NCBI GenBank assembly: GCA_977017645.1
Contig: OZ360246.1
Span: 27,280,001 to 27,344,000 of the forward strand
Direction of reading: 5' to 3'
DNA from: Torpedo marmorata
Lineage: Eukaryota
Length of the DNA stretch: 64,000 nucleotides
The position numbers were made by a program, and so were the translations under genes. Positions 13,631-25,994 of this stretch are shown piece after piece. The notes under the pieces are model-generated. The model was given only the letters and a program-made list of their open reading frames with translations. It was not told the origin of the DNA and did no database searches. Position 1 is the first letter of the stretch; each line of letters opens with the position of its first letter.

Positions 13631-14038
13631 GATATGCAAGGCCAGAAGGGCAGTTCCTTTGTAAAGTATCAAACATGCAACTATCTTCAGCCTCAACAGT
13701 ATGACACTGGCAAAACAGGATGACAGTTTTGGCAGCAGATTTTGTTTCCCTGTAAACTGTCAACTAGCTGATGACTCTTGTTACTTTCATAAACAACACT
13801 AGTTTCGGATTTGGACGGGGAGAGAAACGGGTACAGTGAGGCAGTCCTTGACATGGCTGTGTCACCTCCAAACAACATTCATCGCACTTACTGAGCTCAT
13901 TCTGAAATTCTGAGCGTGTTACTGCTGCCGGTTTAAAAACATCATTGCCTCAATCTAGTCATTATGAAAAAACACATCAGAAATGTTCTTCTAAAGTTTA
14001 TCACCTGGGACTTCAAAATGAAATATTGTGGCAATTAT

Positions 14039-14265
14039 TGTGGTAAACCACTGTTGTGGCCGGGTGAGATGTCTGGACATGCCCCTCTGCTGACTGTTCC
14101 TGTGGCTCCTCCCACAGACCCCCTGAATAAAGGCAATTGTGCCACTGCTCCTCCCCCAGTCCAGGACAGATCACCAGCATGGATGTGACTCCATTCTATT
14201 GCTAATAAAAGCCTTTCAGTTCAAGTACAACTTCTAGTCTTTTGAAGTTATTGATGGGCTCATCA
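14039..14265 (+). mobile_element. Solo LTR (227 bp)
   Basis: TG...CA termini, internal AATAAA, and a 5-bp TSD ATTAT (14034-14038 and 14266-14270). Confidence 0.75.
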
Positions 14266-15339
14266 ATTATATCAGTCCCTTTGAGTAACATGAGCCAACA
14301 TGCTATCCACAAAATGTTTAACAATAAATTTACAAATGCACAGGAGCAGTGGTGCGGCATCAGGAGATAGATCTGTGAGAATTGCGAATGTGGAGGAAAT
14401 ATTCATACAAATGTCTATTAGACATGATTTATCCATCCCCACCCCCGCTGGCTGGTGCCCCTTTCTGACACCATTTTAAATTCCAACCTTCTTGTGTGTC
14501 CAGCACTGGTCTTTCTTGGTGCGGAGAGCTATTTTCGGATCCTGACTCACTTATTCCTTGCATTATTTTAACATGATGAGCTGCATTCCCAGAATCCATC
14601 GAGAACATAGAAACACAATAGCAGGGGTAATCTTTTGTATCACGAGACATATTCAAACCCAAGTGGAGAGAAAGGGAGGGTGAGAGAAAAGCAGATGATG
14701 ATGGTGGGTTGCAGTAAACTTGGCCTCAAGTAACTCCTACTGAGCTCAGAGGATCCAGGGAGAGTATTAAAGATGATAAATTGGAAAAGCTCCCCATAAC
14801 CTGCCAAATACTCACGATCAATTTTATAGTATAGAGTTTATGTGATGCAATTATCTCACTGTAAGGATACAGAAATTTTTATCAATATAATTAAATCAGG
14901 TTCAGATGGCAATTCGGAGTCTGGTTTAAATTTACCAATAGCCTAATGACTTGCCAGGATACTGATAACTTGGAAAGGTAGAAGTGGCAGGAGTTGTCAA
15001 TACAAGATAATAGTGCAATACACAAACGTGCTGGAGAAACTCAGCAGGTCATGCAACATCCACAGGAAGTAAAAGGCAATCAACATGAGGATAATAGCCC
15101 TTGTGCAACAGCAGTACAGCCCCCCTGACCCCTCAAGGAAGCCTCTTGCCCTTCTGATGATCAAGGCCTCTATCTCCTCCTCTCCAATATCTCGCTCTCT
15201 CCCCGCCTCAGTTCCCGATGGTTTCGTCACCCTGCAACCAGCTGGCCTGAAAATGTGACCAGGTGCTGAACCAGAAACACTACATAAATCATTACAACCG
15301 AAGATCAGGTATTAAATATGGTAACCAGCCACTTCCCAG

Positions 15340-15910
15340 CCTTGCTGTTCTGTACAGGGCTCAGGAGCACAGAACAGGGATCAGGAGCAGGAACGGAGTC
15401 CAGGAACATAGGATCGGGAAGAGGGATCAGAAACAGGGTCCAAGAACACAGCACAAGTACAGGGATGAGGAATAGGATTATAAACAGGGGTCAGGAACAG
15501 GGCCAAGGAATATTGGACGAGCCAAGGGATCAGGAATAGGATTATAAACAGGGGTCAGGTATAGGGTCCAAGAACACAGGACAACTCAGAGATTAGGAAC
15601 AGGGACAGGTTCCAGGAACACAGGACGAGTCAAGGGATCAGGAACAGGATAAGAAACAGGAACAGGGTCCAGGAACATAGGACACCATAGGGATCAAGAA
15701 CAGGCTCCAAAAACACAGTACAGGCATGTGGATCAGGAACAGGAATAGAAACAGGGAACAGGAACAGGGTTCAGGAATAGTATAAGCCAAGGGATCAGGA
15801 ACAGGAATCTGGAACAAGGATCTGGAACAGGATTATAAACAGGGATCAGGAACAGTTTGCAACAACACAGGACACCACAGGGATAGGAACAGGGATCAGG
15901 AAGAGGGCAC
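15340..15910. repeat. Degenerate purine-rich minisatellite built on a ~12-nt (CAGGAACAGGGA/T) unit
   Basis: Dozens of caggaacagg, gggatcagga and attataaacagg variants. Strong A/G bias on the + strand. Confidence 0.85.
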
Positions 15911-16789
15911 AAAAAGCAGAAAATTAAAATTACAAAGCTAGGGTTGCCTATTTTTAACATTTTGAAGTCAATTAGCCACATCGGCAGTGAACATTTAAAC
16001 TCAGTCTGTGATTGCAGCAGGGTGCATGCACTGCTCTCATGTTGGACACATGATGGAAAAATATGAAAGTTCGTTAAGCTTGGAGGAAGTAGAGCATAAT
16101 GCAGCACTAACAGTTTTGCACCAATGTGTGTCACGTGATCTCCCGTTGAAGGGAAAGTCTTGCCAAAGGAAAGCAGTTGATACTAGTATTATATAATGTA
16201 CCATGATCAAAGTTGAAATGTTGTGATGTTGTGCATCTGTCTGAAGGTTACATAACAGTATTTTATCAGAATCCCAACTGCCATCAAATACTCAAAGCAC
16301 ATGTTGCGTGTTTTGGGTCCTCTGTGTTTATGGTACACTGGTGTATGAAGACAGCTGGACCTGCACAGCACCAATGTTCTGTAGGATGTCACCCCTGTAA
16401 AATCCTTTTGGAGGCTCATGAGTGACACTGGCTACTCACCCAATAACCGGTCTTCACAATGCATGTGTGAGAGGTGTAACATTTTTGAAGCTTCACTGAT
16501 ACATATGTTTTGGGAATGCCCCAATTTGGAGAGATTTTGGAAGGATATTTTCAAAACTTTAACATTGATTTTTAAGATTAATATAGAACAATGTCCTTTA
16601 ATTTCTCTGTTTGGATTTTCACGTGAACCAAATATACCTTTGTCTGCATCTCAGGAAAAAGTTTTAGCTTTTTCCACGTTGATTGCCAGACGAGCAATTT
16701 TATTGGAATGGAAAGATGAATCACCACCGACACATAGACAGTGGTTACAGGATGTAATGTCTTCTCTGAGTTTGGAGAAAATTAGATAT

Positions 16790-17124
16790 TGTAGCGGCCC
16801 GCAGGCCGATCGGCGACCCGCGACACAAAATGGCGATCGAACGCGGCGATCGCACCAGGGCCACGGACTAGATGGCCTCCTTACAGTGGATCCAGCTCCG
16901 GCTGGAAAACCGACCAACCAGCAACCGGCCCATGACGTCATTCCCACTGGCGGGAAAACCGGCCAATCAGCGGCCGGTCCGTAACGTCATCTCGGCCGGA
17001 AGAGGCGGGTCTCTCCTGGGAGCTGGCCCTATATAAGCAGAGCCAGAACCTCAATAAAGTCAGACCTGTTTGAGCTAACCTTGAGTGCAGCAGTGTTTTT
17101 CAACGCAGCAGCCGCAGCGCTACA
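16790..17124 (+). mobile_element. CpG-rich solo LTR (Gypsy-like)
   Basis: Inverted termini TGTAGCG...CGCTACA, TATATAA at ~17030, AATAAA at ~17053, 4-bp TSD ATAT/TTAT (1 mismatch). It splits the L1 reading frame cleanly. Confidence 0.85.
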
Positions 17125-17286
17125 TTATAGTATTAAAGATAGAAAGTTTCAATTTTTAAAGATATGGGGGCCATTCATTGAATACTATCATGATTGGAAT
17201 AAAGCTGATTATCCCGATGAGTCTTTGTCCGATGCCTGGAGGTCGCTACAGGATCCATATTTTTTTCCCTTTTTTTTTTCCAATAT

Positions 17287-17613
17287 TGAAGCAGCCCGCG
17301 ACCTACTCCGCAGGCCGACACAGGGAGCCGTGGTCAAACACGGTGATCGCGCAGGCGGCACATGATTCGGACGGCCCGTTCCCATAGGCCACAACGGCAA
17401 GGAGGGACCGACCAATCCTGGGCATCGCGCCTTAGGCCACGCCCCATCAGAGACGCAGCAGTCAGGCTCAGCCCGCCTATAAAAGGCAGAGCCGACGGCA
17501 GAATAGGCAGTTCTGTCTTGACACTCAGAGGGTGTGTATCTCTCTCTTGAGCTCCAGAACTGGAGCGACGACCGACTCAACGCGCAGAGCTATAACCGTA
17601 GCGATGCGCTACA
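17287..17613 (+). mobile_element. Second CpG-rich solo LTR, related subfamily
   Basis: TGAAGC...GCTACA termini, TATAAAA at ~17478, perfect ATAT TSD (17283-17286 and 17614-17617). Shares ccgcaggccga with the 16790 LTR. Confidence 0.8.
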
Positions 17614-17787
17614 ATATAAAGGTAACCTTGTTTAGAAGGAGGGGTTAGATTAGAATAGTTTTTAGTGGTTTTGCTTTTTTTTTTGTTCTTGTTTTTTTAA
17701 AATTTTATTTTGGATTGTTTTTTTAGAATAATTACATGTAATAAGAGTTTTAACTTATATTTAGAACTTGGTTAAGATGACTTATTT

Positions 17788-17834
<47 letters not shown>

Positions 17835-18827
17835 CACACACACACACATGTATAAATACCAGATGAATTTTGAAATGTTGTTCTTAATTTGTTATTCTGT
17901 ATACATGTTTATTTGTTGAAACTCAATAAAAATATTTTAAAAAGAAAAGAGTGGCCTGCAGCAGATAAATTTCATCAGGCCTGCCTGACCCAGACCAGGG
18001 CCAATGCTGTGGAGTATGGCAATAGGAACTATAGGTCCCCTTTAAGTTAACCGGTTACCTACCCCCCTGTTCCCACTCAATTCCCCAACCCTTCACTGCA
18101 GGCCTCCTTTTGGTCCCCAGCTGACACCGCTTTGATACAACACCAAGCATGTAGCATACAAATGTCAGCCTGGCCCATCCTTCGCAGGACTCCGTTCTCC
18201 ACAGCCCAAACCTCATCTCCAAATGGAGCTCCAATAAGCTTCTTCTCACACTCCAAAAGTAGCTCTGACTTCCCCAGCCCCCTTAATGATAATGACTTTG
18301 TTATCACATACATCGTACAATATACACCAAAATTCTTATTACTGAACAGATACTTCATAAAAAACAACTACAATAGCATACTTAATTGAATTAAAAAGAA
18401 AATAAATTCAAAAAAGTGATATCCTATGCCTTTCACCATCACAATCCATCCCCCAAAGCATGATCAGTGCACACACACATACATGAATCCTCCACTTGCT
18501 TTTCAATAGCCAAGGAAGGAGTTCATGCACATCAATCTGAACCATTACAAAGATACTGTGGGAATGGTACATAATAAAATACCGCAGCAGAGAACCCAAC
18601 TGCTAGAGTCACCATCTGGTACTATTTTAACCTGTCTTTCGAAGCACAGAACAATTTCTGAGCTAATTTTCAATAAGCGTATATGCTTGGATGTTTTTGG
18701 GTGTCCTTTGATGCTTAAAACTCTAAAACACCACTCATTGTTCTACTTAGATTGAGCATATTTAAATACAATGTATAGATGAAGCTACTCCAGTACATAA
18801 AACACTCACAAAAATTAAGAATAATTA

Positions 18828-19070
18828 AAGGTAAAGGTAAAGGTTCCATTATTGTCATGTAATACTACATTTAGAATGTAACATACATGAAATTCTTTAA
18901 TTTTTGTCTACCGTAAGGCAGACAGAGGGTTGCTACTTTGTCCAGCGCCCCTCACAGAAACCTACAGCACCTGGTGTTCCTTGGCGGTCTCCCCTCCAAG
19001 TACTGACCAGTCCTGTGCCTGCTTAGCTTCCGAGATCAGACAATCCCAGTCGTATTCAGGCTATTGGTGC
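18828..19070 (-). mobile_element. 5S rRNA-derived SINE (SINE3-type)
   Basis: Reverse complement has a 5S-like head (gtctgatctcggaagctaagcagg...tggtcagtacttggaggggagaccgcc...ggtgctgtaggttt), a ~120-nt body and a (CCTTTA)n tail. Confidence 0.85.
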
Positions 19071-19759
19071 TGAAAAAGACACCACAAAGAGAAAAAAGAT
19101 AATAAATATGAAAGGAAGAGAAAAATAATATTCGAAGTATTTTAGGGTTCAACAAATGTTTCACGTTTATGTAAGGTGTCAAAGAAAACCACTCACACAG
19201 GGTGGTTTTCAAATGAATCTGGATGGAGAGTTATCAAAACATTCCCAAAATGTCCTTTCAGTGAGGAGGCCTCCAGAGGTTCATACAGTACATGAAAGAT
19301 TGCATTTCTTGCTCAGAGATTTTTCAACCATGGCCTTAGTCATCTCCTCACCCAGTACCCAAGTCGGTCATCTTTCAAGCAGGAATCCTTGGAAAAGAGG
19401 TCAGGAGTAGGACAATAGAAAGGAGCAGCTAACGAGTACAAGGTGAGGGAATGAAGAGCGGAATCTTCTTTGTCTCTCAAGGATACTGTCACTCATCACT
19501 CCCAGTATCCACGGGCAACGTGGCAGAGTAGCGCCTATCCCTCTGACCTCTGCATCCTTGGTGCTCAGCACTCTGCTGGAGACATTGCATCCAAATGCCA
19601 GGCTGGAAATACATTTAGTAGCTGAAACACTGAGGCGTACAGAGAGTTTATATGTTAGTGTGCACACATATACAGTATTTTCTGTAAGGTCATCTTCAAT
19701 TATGTTATAAAGGCATATCCCAATTTTCTTACTGTGTTGCACATTATTCCAGAACCAAG

Positions 19760-20010
19760 CTGGGAAAAAGGTACAGGAGCCTAAAGACGAGCACTCAACG
19801 GCACAAGGACAGCTCCTTCCCCGCTGCCATCAGATTCCTGAATAATCAATGAACCAAAGACACTGCCTTACTTTTCATGCACTATTATTTATAATTTTTA
19901 TAGTAATGTCGTAAGATGGTTAATATGAATGTTAATTGCACTATGATGCTGCTGCAAAACACCGAATTTCATGACTTGTTCATGACAATAAATTCTGATT
20001 CTGATTCCGA
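19760..20010 (+). mobile_element. Rex1/Babar LINE 3' end
   Basis: GKRYRSLKTSTQRHKDSSFPAAIRFLNNQ*, then the 3' UTR and (TTCTGA)n tail. Confidence 0.85.
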
Positions 20011-20625
20011 TGTATTGCCGAGAGCACGGCTACCAGTACTATAAATACACGGAACTGACCCCAACAGCCAATTTATCAAGTTAATGGAAGGTGAGACATT
20101 GCCTCTATTCCCGACCAGTGTACACTGTTGCTTAGTAACGTCACACAACATTATTTCTCCTCTTAGGTAGTCCCTTGGGATCAGGGATGACTAGTGGGAT
20201 CCGCAGATTCTGGGACAGGTGTGTGTGTGAGGTAGGATGTGTGTACTCAGTCCACAGGCCCTCAGCCTGAAAGTACCCACTGTACAACACCACCCTCCAA
20301 TAATCACACTGGACAACGAAGATTTTGCTTCCTGAACACTTTTGGGTGTATTTTATGGATTTTGGACTGCTGATCACAAAAATCACCTAAACGTTTTCCT
20401 ATCACGTTCTGTTTTTTAGATATAATCTATTTTTGTGATTTCCTGTCATATTCTAAGCATGCTTCAAGCATACAAAACCATTAAGTGCAACATGTCATTG
20501 AAAATTCATTTTCTGCATTCGCACTTGGACTTCTTCCTTGCGGATCTTGTTGCAGTCAGTGACGAACATGGTGAAAGGTTTCACCAGGACATTGCGACCA
20601 TGGAAAAGCAGTACCAGGGCAACTG

Positions 20626-22742
20626 CAGGGGCGTAGCTTGGTGGGGGAACAGGGCTCCCCCTGCCTTTTCAGCCTGGCAGCGCCCCTGACCCCACTGCCC
20701 TCCCACACCGCATATTTTTGAACTGTGCTGTGAGACCACAGCATCTGCGGCAGATGCCGTGGTCTCACAATTCAAAAACAGGCGCCACTGAATCCCTCGG
20801 CCTACACCGGAGCACCCGACGCCTGTCTGGTGTGCGTGTGCGGTAAGAGGTAGGCCGAGGGGAGGGTTCAGAGTCGGGCGTCGGGAGCTCCGGTGACCGG
20901 AGCTCCCGACGCCCGACTCCGAACCCTCCCCTCGGCCTACACCAGAGCTCCATTTCAAACCACAGGCAACAATCACTGAAAGGAATACACAACTGCTCTA
21001 CTCAACCCCTCCCAAAAAAAAGACAACAAACCGGCAGGTGCGTAGCGGAGTTCATTTGTAAATGATTATTTTGACAGGCTTTTGTGTGCACCCATGCACT
21101 GGGATGGTCCGTTGCAGCTTTTATTTTATATATCCAATAATTGAACGTGGCCTTGGATTTTTTTTCCTCTTGAATTAAAAAATTCAGAATTAATAGTATA
21201 TTTCATAAAAGTCCATTCTTGGGTGAGGTGGATTTGATTCTGTTTGTAAGCCAATTTATTAGCTGCACAGTGGTGGATTTAACTCCCTTTTGAACATTAA
21301 GATTTTCTCAGATGTTGTGTTGGAAAAGTGTCAGATTTTTTTTCATAGCTTGCCTCCTTCCCCGCGGTCCATCGCTAAAGCCGCATGACATTTCCTAAGA
21401 GGTTATAATGCCTTTTTGCATTTTTATGATGAAAAATGCAATCCTATATTTTGTTTTGAATCAAGGTAACATTGTTGTTCGTTCTATCAATGTGGCCAGG
21501 CCTTCAGGAGTATTACAGGCTGCAACGAATTTGCAAAAATAAAAAAGGAATAATGAAATGTACAAAAGGAATTCCTTGCAAAGCCTGTTTCGTTTTATTA
21601 TTTTGACTTCAGTTTAAGAAGCTGACAGAGCCGAGACATGTGCCTTCACGTTGTCGGGTTATTTCCATCCCCTCCTTCCTCACTTCCCTAGCCAGTACTT
21701 ACAATTTTGCCTTGTGGGAGATTCTCAATCTGCAGTTAGTTGTGTTCCTGCAATCTACTCTTCATCTGTTATTGGTGACTTTTCACTGGGAAATTCCCGC
21801 TTTTGCACCAATAGCCTGAATATGACTGGGATTGTCTGATCTCAGAAGCTAAGCAGGACTGGTCAGTACTTGGAGGGGAGACCGCCTAGGAACACCAGGT
21901 GCTGTAGGTTTCTGTGAGGGGCGCTGGACAAAATAGCGACCCTTTGTCTGCCTTACGGTAGACAAAAATTAAAGAATTTCATTTTTGTTACATTCTAAAT
22001 GTAGTATTATGTGACAATAATGGAACCTTTACCTTTTACCTTTACCTTTTGTTTTAAATCGCATAAAATAAAAGCATATTTTTTAAAAAAAAACTTCATT
22101 CCTATCTCTGTTTTGTAAACTTAGTTTTAATATTGTATTTGGAGTTGGGTTTTTCTGTTTAAGATAGGATGGAAGGGAGTCTCAAATGCCCACTGTTCTC
22201 TGTCTGAGGAAGTATTCCATGACTTCACTCCTGAAAACCCTGTCTTTAAATGTTGGATTATGTCTGCTAATCTCTACACTTGGACCAGGACTTCTTGATC
22301 TTTTCCCTTCAGTGACTAGAAAACTTTCATCGGAAGTGAGAATAAATTGTTTTATTTTAAGTAGTAGTGTTTCTAAACTGGACCAATTAATTCTGAAGCT
22401 AGAAAATTTGTGTAGAACTGTTTTCGAGTTGGCAGCAGTGAAACTGCAATACTATTTATTGCACCTTTTGATGATTTGGATGCAGCTTCTCTCCTTGTTT
22501 AATGCCTAATCATGGAGCCAGCTTGTAAACAGAATAAACAATATGCATTATCTCGTGTTATTTGGAGAGAGTGTGTGTGTGTGTGAGAGAGAGAGTGTGT
22601 GTGTGTGTGAGAGAGAGAGTGTGTGTGTGAGAGTGCGCTGGTTGCAAAACATGTGCGTGCGCACACGCGCACAGCTGTGATCGTGGCGCCTTTTTTAATT
22701 TGCTCTCGCTCCCCCTAAAATTAAAACCTGGCTACGCCCCTG
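20626..22742. mobile_element. Non-autonomous hAT DNA transposon (2117 bp)
   Basis: 12-bp TIR CAGGGGCGTAGC / GCTACGCCCCTG with a perfect 8-bp TSD GGCAACTG (20618-20625 and 22743-22750). Confidence 0.9.
21807..22050 (+). mobile_element. 5S rRNA-derived SINE (SINE3-type) nested in the hAT element
   Basis: Same 5S head, body and (CCTTTA)n tail as 18828-19070. Confidence 0.85.
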
Positions 22743-23859
22743 GGCAACTGGAATCCATCAATGCTGCCCGACGATTGTTGGACACTAACATGAGAGGCAT
22801 CAGATGCTGAGTACAAACAAAAATCAGCAGCAAAACATTTTTAGGTCAGTTGAACTAACGTAATGTGTCAGCATCATCATGCGATTAAACATGCTAAATT
22901 CAATAAAAGTTAATTTAATGTTTCTCCAACTTCCTACATGATACAGCAAATCTGAAATTATCTTTGTGTTCAACTTGAAGTTGTCTATCATAATCCCCAT
23001 TTTCTTTTCAGGAAGCAAGCCATCTGAAAAAATTTGTTCTCCAGTGTTATTGGTCAATATAAGTACAGAGAACCCTCACATCAATGTAAGAAGCGCACAA
23101 CCACTGCAACAGGAAGCAAAGTCTACCTATTAAATTTTATCCTCTAATGCACTAATATGTTGTGCTAAACAATTAGATTTCTAGGCCACTATTCCCACAA
23201 AATTGGGTAAAGCATAATACCCAGACTTTGGTGAAAGAATCGGAGAGCAGATAAGTTTTTAGTTCTTGCGCAATGCTTTGACCTGGATGCAATGCACCTT
23301 TGCACTTGACCCAAGGTGATTTGCCTTGTGCTTATTCACAGCACAAGCATTCCCCTCCCAATTTGCTGCTTTGTTCAAGTCCACCTGCATAACCGTTTAT
23401 TCCTTTCTCTCTGTACATACCGAGCTTCCTTCAATTTTACTGTGTGGCAATTAATCATCTTTTACACATTTAAAATTCTAGTTTAAATCTTACTTCCTCA
23501 ACCACTGTCCAGAAATTTGTGAAATACCACAGATATTAGACTGGAATGCCTAAAGGATGGTGGAAGCAGATTCAGTTGAAACATCTGGGAAGGAAAAATT
23601 GGAATAATACGTCCCCATTTCAAAACTCCAACCCCCTTGCAACAAGGACAAATACATCATTTTCTTTCTTAATTACCTTGATAGTTCTAACATAAATATG
23701 ATGGACTGAATGGCCTCCTTAACACCATATGGCAGGAAGTAGCTAATACTGCCCACAAAGTGCAGATTGTATTCAGGTTTGTCTGCACAGCAAATTCCAT
23801 TTCCACGGCGTGCCTTCAGACCTCATGTTGCTGCCCATTACCAAGCCTTCAGCAAACCA

Positions 23860-24210
23860 CTCAGCTGTGCTCTTGCCTCTGAATTAGAAGGTTGAGGAAT
23901 CAAGCTTCACTCTTAGGATCCGAGCATAGATTTCCCAACTGACACGTCATTGAGATGCTCGGAGAGTGCAGCACCATCAGCAAGGTTAAACTGGAGCCCC
24001 AGCCGAACGCTTAGGTCAACATAAAGAATCCTGCAGCATTACTTTGATGAAAGGCACAGAGTTGTGGCAGATATTTAACCCAAACCAGCAGGACTGAAAG
24101 ATTATCTCACTGCAATCCGTAGGAGCATGCAGTGCACAAGCTTATATTTTCCACTCTAAAGCACTTCAGGATGTCCTGACAAAGACATTTTATAAATGCA
24201 AAGTCTTTCT
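23860..24210 (+). mobile_element. Ancient Deu-domain-like SINE (SacSINE1/AmnSINE-like)
   Basis: Degenerate tRNA-like start (ctcttgcctctgaattagaaggtt) and a typical end (taaagcacttcaggatgtcctga...tataaatgcaaagtctttc). A similar 3' part lies at ~8200-8390. Confidence 0.45.
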
Positions 24211-24507
24211 ATCTCCCCCTTACCTTTGGGATTAGAGCACATCGCAGCAGTCTTTGCATATTTTGGTGATGGTGATTTGATCCATAACCACCTGCTCCCC
24301 ATTAACTGAGCTGTGCTTTGAGTTCATGATGCCCTCCCCAACAACAATATTCCTGAAAGCTCCATCATTACATTTCACTCAGCAGCATAAACAGAAAATG
24401 CTGGAGGCATCCAGCATCTGTGGACAAAGAATCAAAGTTCATATTTCAGGTCAAATATCCTTCATCAGTCAGGAAGTCTTGAACCTGCAATGTTAACGCT
24501 GTTTCTT

Positions 24508-24850
24508 AGAACATTACAGCACAGAAAACTGGCCCTTCGGCCTTTCTAGTCTGTGCCGAACTATTATTCTGCCTTGTCCCACTGACCTGCACCCAGTCCA
24601 TATCCCACTATACCCCTCCAATCCATGTACCTGTCCAAATTTTTGTTAAATGTTAAAATTGAGCCCGCATTCACCACTTCAGCTGGCAGCTTGTTCCACA
24701 CTCCAACCACTCTCTGAAGAAATTCCCCCTAAACTTTTCCCCTTAACCCATGTCCTCTGCTTTGTATCTCACCTAACCTCAGTGGAAAAAGCACTATACC
24801 CATCATAATTTTGTTTACCTCTATCAAATCTCCCCTCATTATTCTATGCT
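24508..24850 (-). mobile_element. CR1 LINE 3' fragment inserted into a pLTR remnant (~24385-24950)
   Basis: The - strand reads MRGDLIEVNKIMMG..SRGH.L plus the CR1 tail (agaacattacagcacag...ggcccttcggcc). The pLTR halves flank it. Confidence 0.75.
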
Positions 24851-25994
24851 CTCCCCTCACTCTTTCTACAGATGCTGCCTCATCTGCTGAGTGTTTCCAG
24901 CATTTTCTGTTTTTACTTCCAATTTCCAGCATCTGTGGATTTTTGATTTTCACCGCTCAGCAGTGCTCAGGACTGTTCCCCTCACTGATCAGTTTCTTGA
25001 CCTCCCAGGGTATCTCATCCTCACTTCCAAAATCTCTAATGCAGTATATTGTAAGCAAGACTCTGGATTTTACATTAAAGGCCATGCTCTGCACTCTTTG
25101 ATTTACTTTAACACTACACCCTGCACTTTTGTTTTATTACCTGCTGAACTTCTGAACTTGTGTAGGTTAAGTTGCCTGGATAGAATGCAAAATAAAGGTT
25201 TTCGCTGTTTCTCAGGATAGTGACAAAAAATTAATTAATTCAAAGATCAGTCATGATGATGGAACAGTCCCCGGGGATTAATGGCCCCTCCTACTTTTCT
25301 TGGGGTTTTTTTCTTTGAAGAATTTGTTGCCAGTACACCTGCCCCTTTCAGGAGGCAAGAACCAAAGACAAAGTTCAGCAATAAATGAAAATGTTAGGAA
25401 TCTCCTGGTGGGTCTGTGACTTGGTCCAGTAAGTAGCTGAACCGTTCAATGAAAGCGCATATTTGAAACGTAGTTTGCATTGGCAATTATTTTTTAAAAC
25501 AACTGCAGATGCGGAAAATCTGAAACTTAATCTGAAAATGATGGAAACACTCACCTGGTCAAGCTACTTTCATGGAGAGAGAAAAATAGAGGTCAAAAAC
25601 CTTTGGTCAGAAACTAGCTTGCAGAAGGCAACTTAAAACTAACCTCTCTTTCCAAACTGGCCGAGTCTTCTTCCAAAAAAAACTGATGTTTCCATAGTTT
25701 TATCTCTTCATTGCGTTAATATTTCGGTTAGATTTTGCTCGGTGATACACTCAACCGCAGTGTTAAATAATGGGGCTAAACAGTAAAGATAGGCTCCATA
25801 CTACTACATTGTATGCACTAATTTCCACATGGATCTAGATTTATTGATGTTCAGAATTGTTCTGGGCTGGAATATTTTTCATGGTTCAATATGCTGTCGA
25901 AACTCGCAAATGTACCGAATTATGTACCGAGGAGCTCCCGGCAATAATCCGTAAACCCAGTGAGCATTTTAACAGAGATGATACACTGCATTTT

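Larger units (their letters stand above)
16460..17950 (+). mobile_element. L1 ORF2 3' end and 3' UTR, interrupted by two solo LTRs
   Basis: Zinc-knuckle CERC...SLIHMFWECP through LSLEKIRY, resuming after the LTR as SIKDRKFQFLKIWGPFIEY. (TA)n(CA)n microsatellite, AATAAA at ~17925 and an A tail. Confidence 0.85.
20307..23046 (+). mobile_element. Deleted Chapaev3-like (CMC superfamily) DNA transposon, split by a hAT insertion
   Basis: Termini CACTGGA...TCCAGTG with a shared subterminal ttgcttcctgaa, flanked by TCA/TTA. Transposase C-terminal motif MSLKIHFLHSHLDFF..LVAVSDEHGERFHQDIATMEKQYQGN continues as WNPSML..CWTL after the insert. The superfamily call rests on the KxHxLxxH..SxExxExxH pattern and the CAC/GTG termini. 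Confidence 0.7.

Noticed and set aside
18960-19070. Functional 5S rRNA gene (also 21807-21911)
   Set aside because: The 5' end is diverged or missing, and both copies continue into the same SINE body and tandem tail.
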